Below, one piece after another: positions 38,289-47,958 of a stretch of DNA of 64,000 nt. Positions within the stretch are counted from its first letter, which is position 1. The number at the start of each line of letters is the position of its first letter. A model generated the notes under the pieces. It saw only the letters and a program-made list of their open reading frames with translations. It did no database searches and was not told the origin of the DNA. The translations under genes and the position numbers were made by a program. Origin of the DNA: an uncultured Candidatus Saccharibacteria bacterium (lineage in GTDB: Bacteria; Patescibacteriota; Saccharimonadia; Saccharimonadales; Saccharimonadaceae); contig CAUOLG010000001.1 in assembly GCA_963456295.1 (NCBI GenBank), positions 29,758 through 93,757 of the forward strand. The letters run 5' to 3'.

Positions 38289-38714
38289 TTATAATCTTAC
38301 TCCATTATGATACCGGGCGGTTACCTCCGAGACTATTAGCTGCCAAGCCTGATCTTTGGTGAGGCCTCGGCTCATCAGGTAAAAGAGCTCATTCTTGCCG
38401 ATATGCTTAGTGGTTAGAGCATGTCCTGCCTGGCACTGATTATTATCTATCTCGAGGTTGGGGGCAGCCTGAACGGTCGCCCGGTCACTGGTGATGACGA
38501 TGATCTCGAGCCAGGCGTGGCTATCGACGGCGGACGACCTGATAGTGGTAGTAGCCTGCAACTTAACCTTAGCTTGCTTACCGGCCACGATACAGATAGA
38601 GATATTTGACCCGGTGTGAGGCTCTCGGTGGACGAAATGGAGCTTGACCGTCCGCCGCCGGTTAGTCCGGAGCAGATACTTTTGCTTGATATCGCCTAAG
38701 ATATATTGTCTCAT
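38289..38714 (-). CDS. sufD: Miniature SufD-like protein (141 aa, C-terminal region only)
   Basis: ATGA overlap with the sufB stop; PNLEI....AGHA.T....ELFYLMSRGL motif. Confidence 0.75.
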   Translation of the reverse strand: MRQYILGDIKQKYLLRTNRRRTVKLHFVHREPHTGSNISICIVAGKQAKVKLQATTTIRSSAVDSHAWLEIIVITSDRATVQAAPNLEIDNNQCQAGHALTTKHIGKNELFYLMSRGLTKDQAWQLIVSEVTARYHNGVRL

Positions 38715-40039
38715 CCGACCGACCCCTCCATAGATAGCTCGATCAGACGGTTGAGCTCGACGGCGTATTCCATCGGTAAGTTGCCGATGATCGGCTCGAT
38801 AAAACCTTGGATGATCAGGCTGGTGGCTTCGTCCTCGTCTAAGCCTCGACTCATCAAATAAAAGAGCTGCCACTCGTTGATCCGCCCGGTCGTTGCCTCA
38901 TGACTAAGATTAGCGTCAGACCGCTTGATGACACTGGTGGGGTAAGTATTAGAGAGACTGTCACCACTTAGCAGAAGCGTGTCGCATTTGGTGGCAGAGC
39001 GAGCATTGGCGGCTTGGTCATCAATGACGATCTCGCCTCGGTAAGTGCTGGAGCCGTCGCCGGAGCAAATTGACTTAGCAACGACGGTTGATGAAGTATC
39101 CGGTGCAAGGTGGATTGCCTTGCCGCCGTTATCTTGCTTTTGTCCTGACTTGGCAGTGGCTAAGGAGAGGATATTGCCTCTGGCGCCTCGCTCGGCCAGT
39201 ACGAGACAAGGGTACTTCATGGTCAGTTGTGAGCCAATATTACCATCGATCCATTCGCCGATACCTTCTTCCTTGACCAGCATCCGTTGGGTGGTCAGGT
39301 TGATCACATTAGTCGACCAATTCTGGATAGTGGTGTAGCGGGCTCGGGCGTGTGGCTTGACGATTACCTCGACTACGGCGGCGTGTAGAGTATTCCGACT
39401 AAAGATTGGCGCAGAGCAACCTTCGACATATTGCACGGTCGAGCCTCGGTCGGCGACGATCAGACTCCGTTCAAACTGCCCGACGTTACTGACGTCGATC
39501 AGGAAATAAGCCTGCAGGGGGATGGTCAGATGTACGTCGGGCGGAACATAGATGAAGCTACCGCCACTCCAGACGGCAGTATTAAGGGCGGCGAATTTGT
39601 TATCTCTACTGGAGACAACAGTACCGAAATATTCTCGGAAGAGGTCGGGGTGCTGTCTCAGGGCGGTGTCGGTATCGGTAAAGATCACCCCCTGACTCTG
39701 CCATTCTTCTTTGAGACGGTTATAAATAGCAGTGGAATCAGTCTGGGCTTGGCTGCCGGCTAAGTAGCGCTGCTCTGCCTCAGGCAGACCAATCTCTTGA
39801 TAAGTTTGTTTGATTTCATCGGGGATTTGATCCCAGTTATCCGCTACCTGCTCTCCGACCGGATGATAGTAATCAATCGTACTGAAGTCCAGGCTGCTCA
39901 GATCCGGACCGAAGTTAGGCATTGGCCGGCGGACGAACTCGTGATAGGCCTCCAGGCGAATATCCAGCATCCAGCTCGGCTCGTGCTTCATAGCCGAGAT
40001 ATGTCGGATAGTTGCCTCGGATAGACCGACCGTAGACAA
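38711..40039 (-). CDS. sufB: Fe-S cluster assembly protein SufB
   Basis: FAALNTAVWSGGSFIYVP, GQFERSLI, YVEGCSAP, TMKYP, CDTLL, HEAT, FYLMSRG, LPMEYAVELNRLI. Confidence 0.96.
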   Translation of the reverse strand: MSTVGLSEATIRHISAMKHEPSWMLDIRLEAYHEFVRRPMPNFGPDLSSLDFSTIDYYHPVGEQVADNWDQIPDEIKQTYQEIGLPEAEQRYLAGSQAQTDSTAIYNRLKEEWQSQGVIFTDTDTALRQHPDLFREYFGTVVSSRDNKFAALNTAVWSGGSFIYVPPDVHLTIPLQAYFLIDVSNVGQFERSLIVADRGSTVQYVEGCSAPIFSRNTLHAAVVEVIVKPHARARYTTIQNWSTNVINLTTQRMLVKEEGIGEWIDGNIGSQLTMKYPCLVLAERGARGNILSLATAKSGQKQDNGGKAIHLAPDTSSTVVAKSICSGDGSSTYRGEIVIDDQAANARSATKCDTLLLSGDSLSNTYPTSVIKRSDANLSHEATTGRINEWQLFYLMSRGLDEDEATSLIIQGFIEPIIGNLPMEYAVELNRLIELSMEGSVG

Positions 40040-40041
40040 AG

Positions 40042-40704
40042 CTAGAGCTCCTCCAGGTTATAAGTGACGGTGGGCTTGAGCTCGTTTAATAGGTGGTCGT
40101 GATGGGAGATGACGATCAGACTGGTCGGGTAGTCGATGGCGAGTAAGCGTTCGGCTAGCCGACTAACGCTATCTCGGTCCAGCCCTGAGTCCGGCTCATC
40201 GAGAAGGGCGAAGCGGGGGCGAATAGCCAGCATCTGCAGGATCTCAGATTTCTTCTTTTCACCGCCGCTGAAGCCGGCATTGAGCTGACGTTGCGGGTCG
40301 AAATCATCAAAGCCGAGTCGGCTGGCATCTTGCTTGAGCTCGTCCAGTACGTCGAAGAAATTGCGTTCACCGGTATCAATATTAGCCAGTACGGAGCGGA
40401 GAAAATTGCTATAGCTGATGGGGATCTCGATCGGCGACTGCATAGCCAGGAAGATGCCTAGCTTAGCTCGCTCGTTGGGTGGCAGATCGGTGATATCCGT
40501 CTCGTCCAGCCGGATTTGCCCCGAGACTACTTGGTACTCCGGTGAGCCCATGATGGCACTGACCAGGGTAGTCTTACCGCAGCCGTTATGACCGAGCAGG
40601 GCGTAGTTGGTTCGGTCACTAAAGTGCAGGGATATATCCTTGATGATCTGCTTACCGTCCTTGGTGGCTACGGTTAAATGTTTTATCTCTAACCCTTTTC
40701 TCAT
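40042..40704 (-). CDS. sufC: Fe-S assembly ABC ATPase SufC
   Basis: GHNGCGKT, ERAKLGIFLAMQ.P.EI, GFSGGEKK, LDEPDSGLD. Confidence 0.93.
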   Translation of the reverse strand: MRKGLEIKHLTVATKDGKQIIKDISLHFSDRTNYALLGHNGCGKTTLVSAIMGSPEYQVVSGQIRLDETDITDLPPNERAKLGIFLAMQSPIEIPISYSNFLRSVLANIDTGERNFFDVLDELKQDASRLGFDDFDPQRQLNAGFSGGEKKKSEILQMLAIRPRFALLDEPDSGLDRDSVSRLAERLLAIDYPTSLIVISHHDHLLNELKPTVTYNLEEL

Positions 40705-40760
40705 ACTCCCTCTCATTTTAACCCAGGTAATTTGGTACTTTTCCACAGTCCGGATTACTG

Positions 40761-40870
40761 TCGCTATCTATAGCGTCTGTTGCAAAAAGCATAACGCTAA
40801 TTGTGTGGTTACTTCTTGACTACACCATATCTTGGTGAGTACAATCTATCATACACGCAACATATAGCGT
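40761..40870. promoter_or_regulatory. NrdR-box-like operators (40761-40776, 40822-40837, 40855-40870) and nrdD promoter (TTGACT 40816, TACAAT 40840)
   Basis: tcgCtAtcTaTaGcgt, acaCcAtATcTtGgtg, acgCaAcATaTaGcgt versus consensus acaCwAtATaTwGtgt. Confidence 0.7.
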
Positions 40871-40901
40871 ATGCAACAAACAAAGTCATAAGGAGGGCAG
40901 G

Positions 40902-43256
40902 ATGCTGAAGTCGGTGCAGAAGAGGGATGGCCGGATCGTCAGTTTTAATCAAGCAAATATCGCTACGGCTATCGCCAAGGCGGGGGCAGCTACCAAAGAG
41001 TTTAGCAGTAAGGAAGCAGCTAAGCTGGCGGGTAAGGTGACGGATAAACTAAGTCAGGAATACGACGGGACGATCCCGACGGTGGAGCAGATTCAGGATG
41101 AAGTGGAGGATATCCTGATGAACTCCAGCTACAAGACGACGGCTAAGGCGTACATTGTCTATCGGGACGAACGGTCTAAAGTGCGCGGTTCAAAGTCTCG
41201 GCTGATGTCGCAATTTGATATCATTACCGGCTCACTAGCAAAGGATTCCAGCGACCTCAAGCGTTCTAATGCTAACGTCAATGGTGATACTGCTATGGGT
41301 AAGATGCTTCAGTATGGTGAGGAAGGGTCGAAAGAGTATGCTAAGACTTTCCTGCTCCGACCGGAGCATGTCCGAGCTCACGACGATGGCGATATCCATA
41401 TCCATGACCTTGACTTCTATGCCACCGGAACGCTGACTTGCTGTCAGACCGACCCGCTGAAATTGTTTGCTAATGGCGGCTTCTCGACGGGGCATGGCTT
41501 CTTAAGGACGCCCAATAGTATCGGTAGTTATGCTGCTTTGACAGCGATCATCCTGCAGTCAAATCAGAATGAGCAACACGGCGGGCAAGCTATCCCCAAC
41601 TTCGACTGGGCGATGGCGCCGGGCGTTAATAAGACTTACCGTAAAGCCGTTCAGTCAAATGTCGAGCATTACAATGACTTTACCGGTAAAAAAATCAAGC
41701 TTGACCCGGCTAAGCTGGAGAAGCTGACCTATACCGAGCGGGTCAAAGGTATCCCGGCTAAGATCTTTGACTTCGCTATCAAGGAGACGAAGCGTCAGAC
41801 TTATCAGGCGATGGAAGGCTTGGTGCATAATCTGAATACGATGCATTCTCGAGCAGGCGCTCAGGTGCCCTTCACCAGCCTGAACTTTGGTACTGATACT
41901 TCCCCCGAGGGTCATCTGGCCAGTGAGCAATTCTTGCTAGCGACCGAGGCGGGGCTGGGACACGGCGAGACGCCGATCTTCCCGATCAGCATCTTCAAAG
42001 TAAAAGAAGGCGTGAATTACAACCCGGAGGATCCTAACTACGATCTATTCAAGCTGGCGATGCGAGTCTCGAGCAAGCGACTCTTCCCCAACTTCGTCTT
42101 CATTGATGCGCCATTTAACCTAAAGTATTACAAGCCGGGTGATTATAAGTCTGAGATTGCCACCATGGGTTGTCGCACCAGGGTCTATGAGTCGATCTTT
42201 CCCGAGTCGAACGGTACTACGATCGGGCGAGGCAACTTATCCTTTACCAGTATCAATCTACCGCGGCTGGGTATCAAGCATGGTATCTGCCTGGGTAAAC
42301 GCAGTAAGCCGGACTGGAAGGGATTTTATAAAGAGCTGGATGACCTGATGGATCTGGTAGCCGACCAGTTATATCAGCGCTATAAGTTTCAGTCCAATAT
42401 GTTGGTGCGCAACTTCCCCTTCCTGATGGGACAAGGCAACTGGCTTGGTAGCGAGAAGCTTGGTCCGGATGATCGACTGGAAGCGGTCACTAAGCATGGC
42501 ACTCTCTCAATCGGTTTTATCGGGCTAGCAGAGGCGCTGGTGGCGATGACCGGTCATCATCACGGTGAGTCGGATGAGATACAGGCTAAAGGGCTGGAAA
42601 TCATCGGTCACATGCGTCAGCGAGCTGACTATTATAAGGATGAGAAGTGCCATCTGAATTATGGCATCTTGGGTACGCCGGCTGAGGGATTGTCGGGTCG
42701 TTTCACTCGGATAGATCGTCAGCATTTCGGCAAGATCAAAGGCGTGACCGATCGGGAGTTCTATACTAATTCCTTCCATGTGCCGGTTTACTATCAGATA
42801 GGAGCCTTTAATAAGATTGATAAAGAAGCGCCTTATCACAAGCTGTGCAGTGCCGGGCACATCACCTACATTGAGCTGGATGGCGATCCCAGCCAGAATA
42901 TTGAGGCTTTCGAGACGGTGATTCGCCATATGAAAGAGGCGGGGATCGGCTATGGTTCGGTTAACCATCCGGTTGATCGTGACCCGGTTTGCGGCTTCAC
43001 CGGCATCATCTACGATGATGTTTGCCCCAGCTGCGGCCGACACGAAGCGGACGGGCCCAGCTTTGAACGTTTGCGTCGGATCACCGGCTACCTGGTCGGC
43101 TCACTGGATCGCTGGAATGATGCGAAGCAGGCTGAGGAAAAGGCTCGGGTCAAGCATGGGGTGACGGTCAATAAAAATGGTGTCTATACTACCGAGCAAA
43201 AAGCCGAGCGGGAGCTCCAGAAAGCTAATCAGGCCAAGATGATGGCTAAGGTCTGA
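40902..43256 (+). CDS. nrdD: Class III anaerobic ribonucleoside-triphosphate reductase with ATP cone
   Basis: VQKRDG ATP cone, IHIHDLD, MGCRT, GRGNLSFTSINLPR, TPAEGL, RRITGYL glycyl-radical loop. Confidence 0.97.
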   Translation: MLKSVQKRDGRIVSFNQANIATAIAKAGAATKEFSSKEAAKLAGKVTDKLSQEYDGTIPTVEQIQDEVEDILMNSSYKTTAKAYIVYRDERSKVRGSKSRLMSQFDIITGSLAKDSSDLKRSNANVNGDTAMGKMLQYGEEGSKEYAKTFLLRPEHVRAHDDGDIHIHDLDFYATGTLTCCQTDPLKLFANGGFSTGHGFLRTPNSIGSYAALTAIILQSNQNEQHGGQAIPNFDWAMAPGVNKTYRKAVQSNVEHYNDFTGKKIKLDPAKLEKLTYTERVKGIPAKIFDFAIKETKRQTYQAMEGLVHNLNTMHSRAGAQVPFTSLNFGTDTSPEGHLASEQFLLATEAGLGHGETPIFPISIFKVKEGVNYNPEDPNYDLFKLAMRVSSKRLFPNFVFIDAPFNLKYYKPGDYKSEIATMGCRTRVYESIFPESNGTTIGRGNLSFTSINLPRLGIKHGICLGKRSKPDWKGFYKELDDLMDLVADQLYQRYKFQSNMLVRNFPFLMGQGNWLGSEKLGPDDRLEAVTKHGTLSIGFIGLAEALVAMTGHHHGESDEIQAKGLEIIGHMRQRADYYKDEKCHLNYGILGTPAEGLSGRFTRIDRQHFGKIKGVTDREFYTNSFHVPVYYQIGAFNKIDKEAPYHKLCSAGHITYIELDGDPSQNIEAFETVIRHMKEAGIGYGSVNHPVDRDPVCGFTGIIYDDVCPSCGRHEADGPSFERLRRITGYLVGSLDRWNDAKQAEEKARVKHGVTVNKNGVYTTEQKAERELQKANQAKMMAKV

Positions 43257-43257
43257 G

Positions 43258-43770
43258 ATGCAGCTGGCGGACGATGAAATTAGGTTAGCCTCGCCGGTGG
43301 CGGGCGATAGTATCGTCGATGGACCGGGGCTCAGGGCGGTGGTTTGGTGTCAGGGCTGTTACCGAGCCTGCCCCGGCTGCCACAACCCTGAGACCTGGGA
43401 TGTTCAGGCCGGTACGGTGGTTAAGATTGATTGGGTCAAGCAAAAGTTGCGTCAGATGGAGGGGCAGACCGGACTAACGCTGAGCGGTGGCGAACCGATG
43501 CTTCAAGCTAAGGCTTGTAAGGAGCTGGCCGACTGGGCACACCGAGAGATGGGCTGGAATGTACTGTCTTTCACCGGCTACCTATATGATGACATCAAAG
43601 CGGGGCGAGACTGGTCAACCCCCGAGATGTGGGAGCTGGTCAAGTCGATCGATATGTTAATTGATGGTCCGTTCATTCTAGCGGAGCGGGATCTATCGCT
43701 TAAGTTTCGAGGCTCTCGTAATCAACGTTTGCTACACCTCAAAGATGGTGAGATCGTCAAGGTTGAATAG
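43258..43770 (+). CDS. nrdG: Anaerobic RNR activating radical-SAM enzyme
   Basis: DSIVDGPGLR, CYRACPGCHN, LSGGEP, FRGSRNQR. Confidence 0.96.
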   Translation: MQLADDEIRLASPVAGDSIVDGPGLRAVVWCQGCYRACPGCHNPETWDVQAGTVVKIDWVKQKLRQMEGQTGLTLSGGEPMLQAKACKELADWAHREMGWNVLSFTGYLYDDIKAGRDWSTPEMWELVKSIDMLIDGPFILAERDLSLKFRGSRNQRLLHLKDGEIVKVE

Positions 43771-43793
43771 CTGGGTATGATAGAATATCAGCT

Positions 43794-45194
43794 ATGAATG
43801 CTGACGAAATCAGGCGACGATTCTTAGAGTGCGCCAAAGAACATGGGCATACGGTGATTCCTCGTGCCAAGCTGGTGCCGGAGGACGATCAGACCACCCT
43901 ATTTACCGGCTCGGGCATGCAACCCTTACTCAAGTACCTGCTGGGCGAGCCTCATCCTCTGGGTACCAGGTTGGCCGACAGTCAGACTTGTGTTCGGGCA
44001 CAAGACATTGATGAGGTGGGAGATAATCGTCATACTACCTTCTTCGAGATGCTGGGTAATTGGAGCCTAGGGGACTACTTTAAGCGAGACCAGATCACCT
44101 GGTTTTTTAACTTCCTGGTCGACGAAGTCGGTCTGGATCCACACCGACTATATGTGACTTGCTTCGCTGGTGATCCGGAGAACGGCATTCCTCGGGACGA
44201 TGAGGCAGCGCAGATCTGGCAAGAATTGTTCCAGAGTAAAGGGATCGAGGCTAAGCTGGCCGATATTGGCAGTGAGGCGCAGGGTGGTCAGCGAGGTATC
44301 AAGCCGGGTGAGCGGATCTTCTTCTATGATGGTAGCAAGAACTGGTGGAGCCGTAATGGCGGTCCGTCGACTACGCCGATGGGTGATCCTTGTGGCCCGG
44401 ATAGTGAGGTCTTCTACGCCTTTGAACATGTCGACCATGACCCGGCCTATGGGGATAAATGCCACCCTAACTGCGATTGTGGTCACTACATGGAGATTGG
44501 TAATCAAGTCTTTACTCAGTACGTTCGTACTTCGGAGGGGTTTAAGAAGCTACCGAAGCAGAATGTTGACTTCGGTGGCGGGCTGGAGCGGATTGCGGCA
44601 GCGGCAATTGACTCGCCGGATGTTTTCCGCACTTCTTTATTCATGCCGATCATTACTAAGCTGGAGCAGCTGAGCGGACGTAAATATGATGAAGAAAAAC
44701 AAGCGATGCGGGTGATTGCTGACCATCTGAGAGCAGCTACCTTCTTAGCGGTTGATGGAGTCAAGCCGAGTAACAAGCAGCAGGGCTATGTCATGCGCCG
44801 GCTAATCAGGCGAGCCATCCGCTTCGCCCTGGAGCTGGGGGTGGAGCAGAACTTCATGGAGGAGATCGTGCCGGTGGTAGCGGGGATTTACCGAGCGGAC
44901 TTCCCTGAGGTAGAGGCAGGTCACGATGAGGTGGTGGCGGTACTGGTTAAGGAAGAAAAGGCTTTTCGTCGCACCCTGGCGAAGGGTCTAAGAGAGTTCG
45001 ACAAGATGTCGGCTAATGGGTTAACGGGCAGTGAGGTGTTCAAGCTATACGATACTTATGGCTTCCCAATTGAACTATCGGTAGAGGAGGCGACTAAGCG
45101 CCGGCTCAAGATTGCCAAGACCTGGCAAGCCGATTATAATGAGCTTATGAATCGCCAGCGCCAGCTCAGCCAAGCCGCAGGGAGGAAGTTCTGA
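43794..45194 (+). CDS. alaS: Alanine--tRNA ligase, catalytic and tRNA-recognition part only (no editing or C-Ala domain)
   Basis: TTLFTGSGMQ, RHTTFFEMLGNWS.GDYFK, CGPDSE, VDFGGGLER, IADHLR, LYDTYGFP; ends at 466 aa. Confidence 0.93.
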   Translation: MNADEIRRRFLECAKEHGHTVIPRAKLVPEDDQTTLFTGSGMQPLLKYLLGEPHPLGTRLADSQTCVRAQDIDEVGDNRHTTFFEMLGNWSLGDYFKRDQITWFFNFLVDEVGLDPHRLYVTCFAGDPENGIPRDDEAAQIWQELFQSKGIEAKLADIGSEAQGGQRGIKPGERIFFYDGSKNWWSRNGGPSTTPMGDPCGPDSEVFYAFEHVDHDPAYGDKCHPNCDCGHYMEIGNQVFTQYVRTSEGFKKLPKQNVDFGGGLERIAAAAIDSPDVFRTSLFMPIITKLEQLSGRKYDEEKQAMRVIADHLRAATFLAVDGVKPSNKQQGYVMRRLIRRAIRFALELGVEQNFMEEIVPVVAGIYRADFPEVEAGHDEVVAVLVKEEKAFRRTLAKGLREFDKMSANGLTGSEVFKLYDTYGFPIELSVEEATKRRLKIAKTWQADYNELMNRQRQLSQAAGRKF

Positions 45195-46126
45195 TGTCAT
45201 CTCTGAGAATGCAGTATCAGATGCCCATCCACGACCTCAATCGTTATCTTGCCGTAGCTAACGGTTACTATACTGTCAGGAAGATTACGAGAGCGCTGGA
45301 GACGCAAGCGTCGCAACGACATAGTATCCTATCTTGTAAAATACAATATAGTGTCGATTATTATCGGATGATTCTAAACATTGAGTGTTGTAACGTTGAC
45401 CAAATAAGCTCGGCTATCATGTCGGCTATAAGTGGTGGTCAAACGGTTGATAACGAGATGATAAACAAATGCCTTAATCAGCTTCCGGCCAGGTTTGGAG
45501 AGCGTATTGAGCTGGCTAATGAATATATCCGGGAAAATATGACAAGCTTATGGCGAGTGGGGTGCTTGCCGATCATTGATACTGAGATAATAGAGGATAT
45601 TTTGCCGGATAGCTTGTCTTCCGAGGACAATAAGACCTGTGTCAAACGTCGGATGCCTGTACAACGGGGGATCTGGACGATTGATCTGGAGCTAAAACAG
45701 ATAGATCTGACAGATCGAGTACTTTTGCCGATCATAATGACAACGATTGGTGGTCTGATGGATAATATGGCATACTTGCACGGGCTACACTACCTGGGTG
45801 GTAAGATTATTAACGGTGATAGCGACAACGCATCACTTCGTTACAATTGTTACCACGTTCCATCCATTAGCTGTTCAATCGAAGACTTCCGATCTGAGTT
45901 GGAGCAGAAACTGGCGCAAGAAAGCTTTTATGATGAGGATGTCGACAATCTGATTATGATGATCGAAGAGCAGATTATGTGCTTTGATCCGGTAGACGAC
46001 TACCTTGAGACGGGCGTGCTAATTGATCGAAACAAGCTGATGTACCATGTGATGACCAAAGATAATCTAAATGCGACTCTGGCAAAGGTAAAGGTTAGAT
46101 CTATAAGCAATGGAGGCATTGACTAG
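45194..46126 (+). CDS. Hypothetical protein, paralog family member A1 (M16-peptidase-like fold suspected)
   Basis: Similar to 47959-48885 (R.QYQ, LTDR..LP, F.PVD.Y...GVL, NLN.TL). Confidence 0.6.
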   Translation: MSSLRMQYQMPIHDLNRYLAVANGYYTVRKITRALETQASQRHSILSCKIQYSVDYYRMILNIECCNVDQISSAIMSAISGGQTVDNEMINKCLNQLPARFGERIELANEYIRENMTSLWRVGCLPIIDTEIIEDILPDSLSSEDNKTCVKRRMPVQRGIWTIDLELKQIDLTDRVLLPIIMTTIGGLMDNMAYLHGLHYLGGKIINGDSDNASLRYNCYHVPSISCSIEDFRSELEQKLAQESFYDEDVDNLIMMIEEQIMCFDPVDDYLETGVLIDRNKLMYHVMTKDNLNATLAKVKVRSISNGGID

Positions 46127-47150
46127 TATGAATGTGACTGACGGGATATCATCAGTAGAGACTCCGAAGAGACTGTTTGTCTTTAATGCCGAACTTGATG
46201 GGACGATAGATCTTTCAATCGTGGGGATATATCTTTTCTATCTTGCTGATCAACTAAGCAACCATTTATGCACCGAGCGTCACGTTAAGACTATTAGTAG
46301 CCTGTGCGGACTACGCTATTTAGGCTTTCGACATCGTATGATCGTCCGAGTTAATGTATGCGATGAGATGGTGTATGGGCTAGTACTACGTTTCCTTACC
46401 CAAGGTCTGAAAGTTCCTAATGACGAACAGCTAAGACGATGTATAGCCAAGCTTGAAACTGCTTGGAACATCAATTATCTGATCAAGGATGAGAAAAAGT
46501 TTTATGAGGCAATAGAGCGATTGGCTCACACAAAGTTCTATAATCTAAGCGGTGACGATACTATCTACTATGACAAGCCGATGGGCAAAGGATCCGACAT
46601 AGAAGCTGACCGGTTAGGTTTCCAGCCTCCCAGTCGACCGGTCATTCAGTTAGAGCCAAATATAACAATACTCAGACCGACAAGGACGGATTTGATTTTA
46701 CTGTCTACTTTGACCGGTTATGTAGGTGGTGTACTGGCACAGGTTATGAGCGATAAGTATAATGCTTACAAACTAGGTCAGGTTATGATACCGTCTAAAG
46801 CAGGATACAAGATGAAGTTCGGATATTTATTTAAGCAAGAGCAGGATCTGATATACGGTCTGCGGACTGATATAGAACGTATCCTGCGTGACCTGTCTAA
46901 CAAGGGGGATGTAGCCGAGCTTGAACAGCTGGTAAGGAGCATTACCTACACTTCGTACCGCTATAGCCCGGGAGCTGAGTACATTAATTCCGGTCTGGTT
47001 GTATCAACTAAGATTTTCTTAAAGAGGTATATGACGGTCGATAATTTACATAGCGCCATTAGTAGACTACGGTTGAAGGACATAGAGAAGTTCCATTTTG
47101 GCGGAAGTCGTTATGGTGAGTCTGAGCCGGCGAATATCATTATTGGCTAA
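46110..47150 (+). CDS. Hypothetical protein, paralog family member B1 (degenerate HxxEH position)
   Basis: Similar to 48878-49894 (KRL..F.A.LD..ID..V.IY...L..QLS..L). Confidence 0.6.
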   Translation: MEALTSMNVTDGISSVETPKRLFVFNAELDGTIDLSIVGIYLFYLADQLSNHLCTERHVKTISSLCGLRYLGFRHRMIVRVNVCDEMVYGLVLRFLTQGLKVPNDEQLRRCIAKLETAWNINYLIKDEKKFYEAIERLAHTKFYNLSGDDTIYYDKPMGKGSDIEADRLGFQPPSRPVIQLEPNITILRPTRTDLILLSTLTGYVGGVLAQVMSDKYNAYKLGQVMIPSKAGYKMKFGYLFKQEQDLIYGLRTDIERILRDLSNKGDVAELEQLVRSITYTSYRYSPGAEYINSGLVVSTKIFLKRYMTVDNLHSAISRLRLKDIEKFHFGGSRYGESEPANIIIG

Positions 47151-47549
47151 GAGCTAAGGTAAGCTTTATCGGTTAAACTCAGCCGGGCTAAGTGAGCGGT
47201 ATAGCTCAATAATCTTGTTTCAATGACTTTATCCACTAATCTATCCATGGTAACAACCAGGATAAATGCAACCTGTCTCCATGACACAAAGATCTGATCT
47301 GTGAAAAGAAAAAGAAGCAAAAAGAAAAACATCCTAAAGAGAAAGCTTAAGCTAACAGACTAAAGTCTTAAATAGTTTAAAAATTAGTTGTCCAATGGCA
47401 CTGACTTGCGGTTCATATCGGTAGCCGCCACAATGCCCGTCTATTATGGCTGTTTTCTTGCTAATACTAGCCTTGCTGTAGGCTACAGCATGAAACCTAA
47501 TTATCTCTTTCATGCCCATTCTACTTATTCCTTTCATAACGCAGAACAG

Positions 47550-47616
47550 GGTAACCGTGGCTTATGGGCTAACGACTAGCTAATGGGTAACCTTATTTAT
47601 GAGATAATGGGGGCTT
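47550..47616. repeat. 67-bp dispersed repeat, copy 2
   Basis: Near-identical to 24001-24067. Confidence 0.85.
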
Positions 47617-47712
47617 TATCGAAGAGAACATTTGTCGTATACTATTTGTAGTCCCGTTAATTCAGTAAACGGGGAAGGGGTGCTTTGCATCCTCGTACAT
47701 TTGGAGGCTCAT

Positions 47713-47871
47713 ATGAGCAGAAGAGAACCAAAAGGTAAGCCCAAGTCGGATCAATCTATAAAGAAGAGTCTTGATCGAAAGAAGGCACAAGGTAATCGAC
47801 CATGCAAAACTATTGATAAGGGGACGCATGGAACAAACACTGGCCAGAGTGGTCAACCACCGCGTAGGTAG
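47713..47871 (+). CDS. Small basic 52-aa peptide (MSRREPKGKPKSDQSIKKSLDRKKAQGNRPCKTIDKGTHGTNTGQSGQPPRR)
   Basis: GGAGG SD 5 nt upstream of the ATG; TATACT -10 at 47638. Confidence 0.55.
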   Translation: MSRREPKGKPKSDQSIKKSLDRKKAQGNRPCKTIDKGTHGTNTGQSGQPPRR

Positions 47872-47958
47872 TGTCTGAAGAGGGGTGAGGTGCTAGGTTC
47901 TTTTGGCGAGGTCGTCGCTGGTTTGTATTGTTGGCGACCTCGCTTTATCCAGGGTATT

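Noticed and set aside
38715..38873. Extended N-terminus of sufD given in the ORF track
   Set aside because: Lies out of frame inside sufB; the ATGA-coupled start at 38714 is more plausible
47147..47579. Short ORFs (61-63 aa) in the A-rich intergenic region
   Set aside because: No clear SD or leaderless signal, low-complexity composition, mutually overlapping
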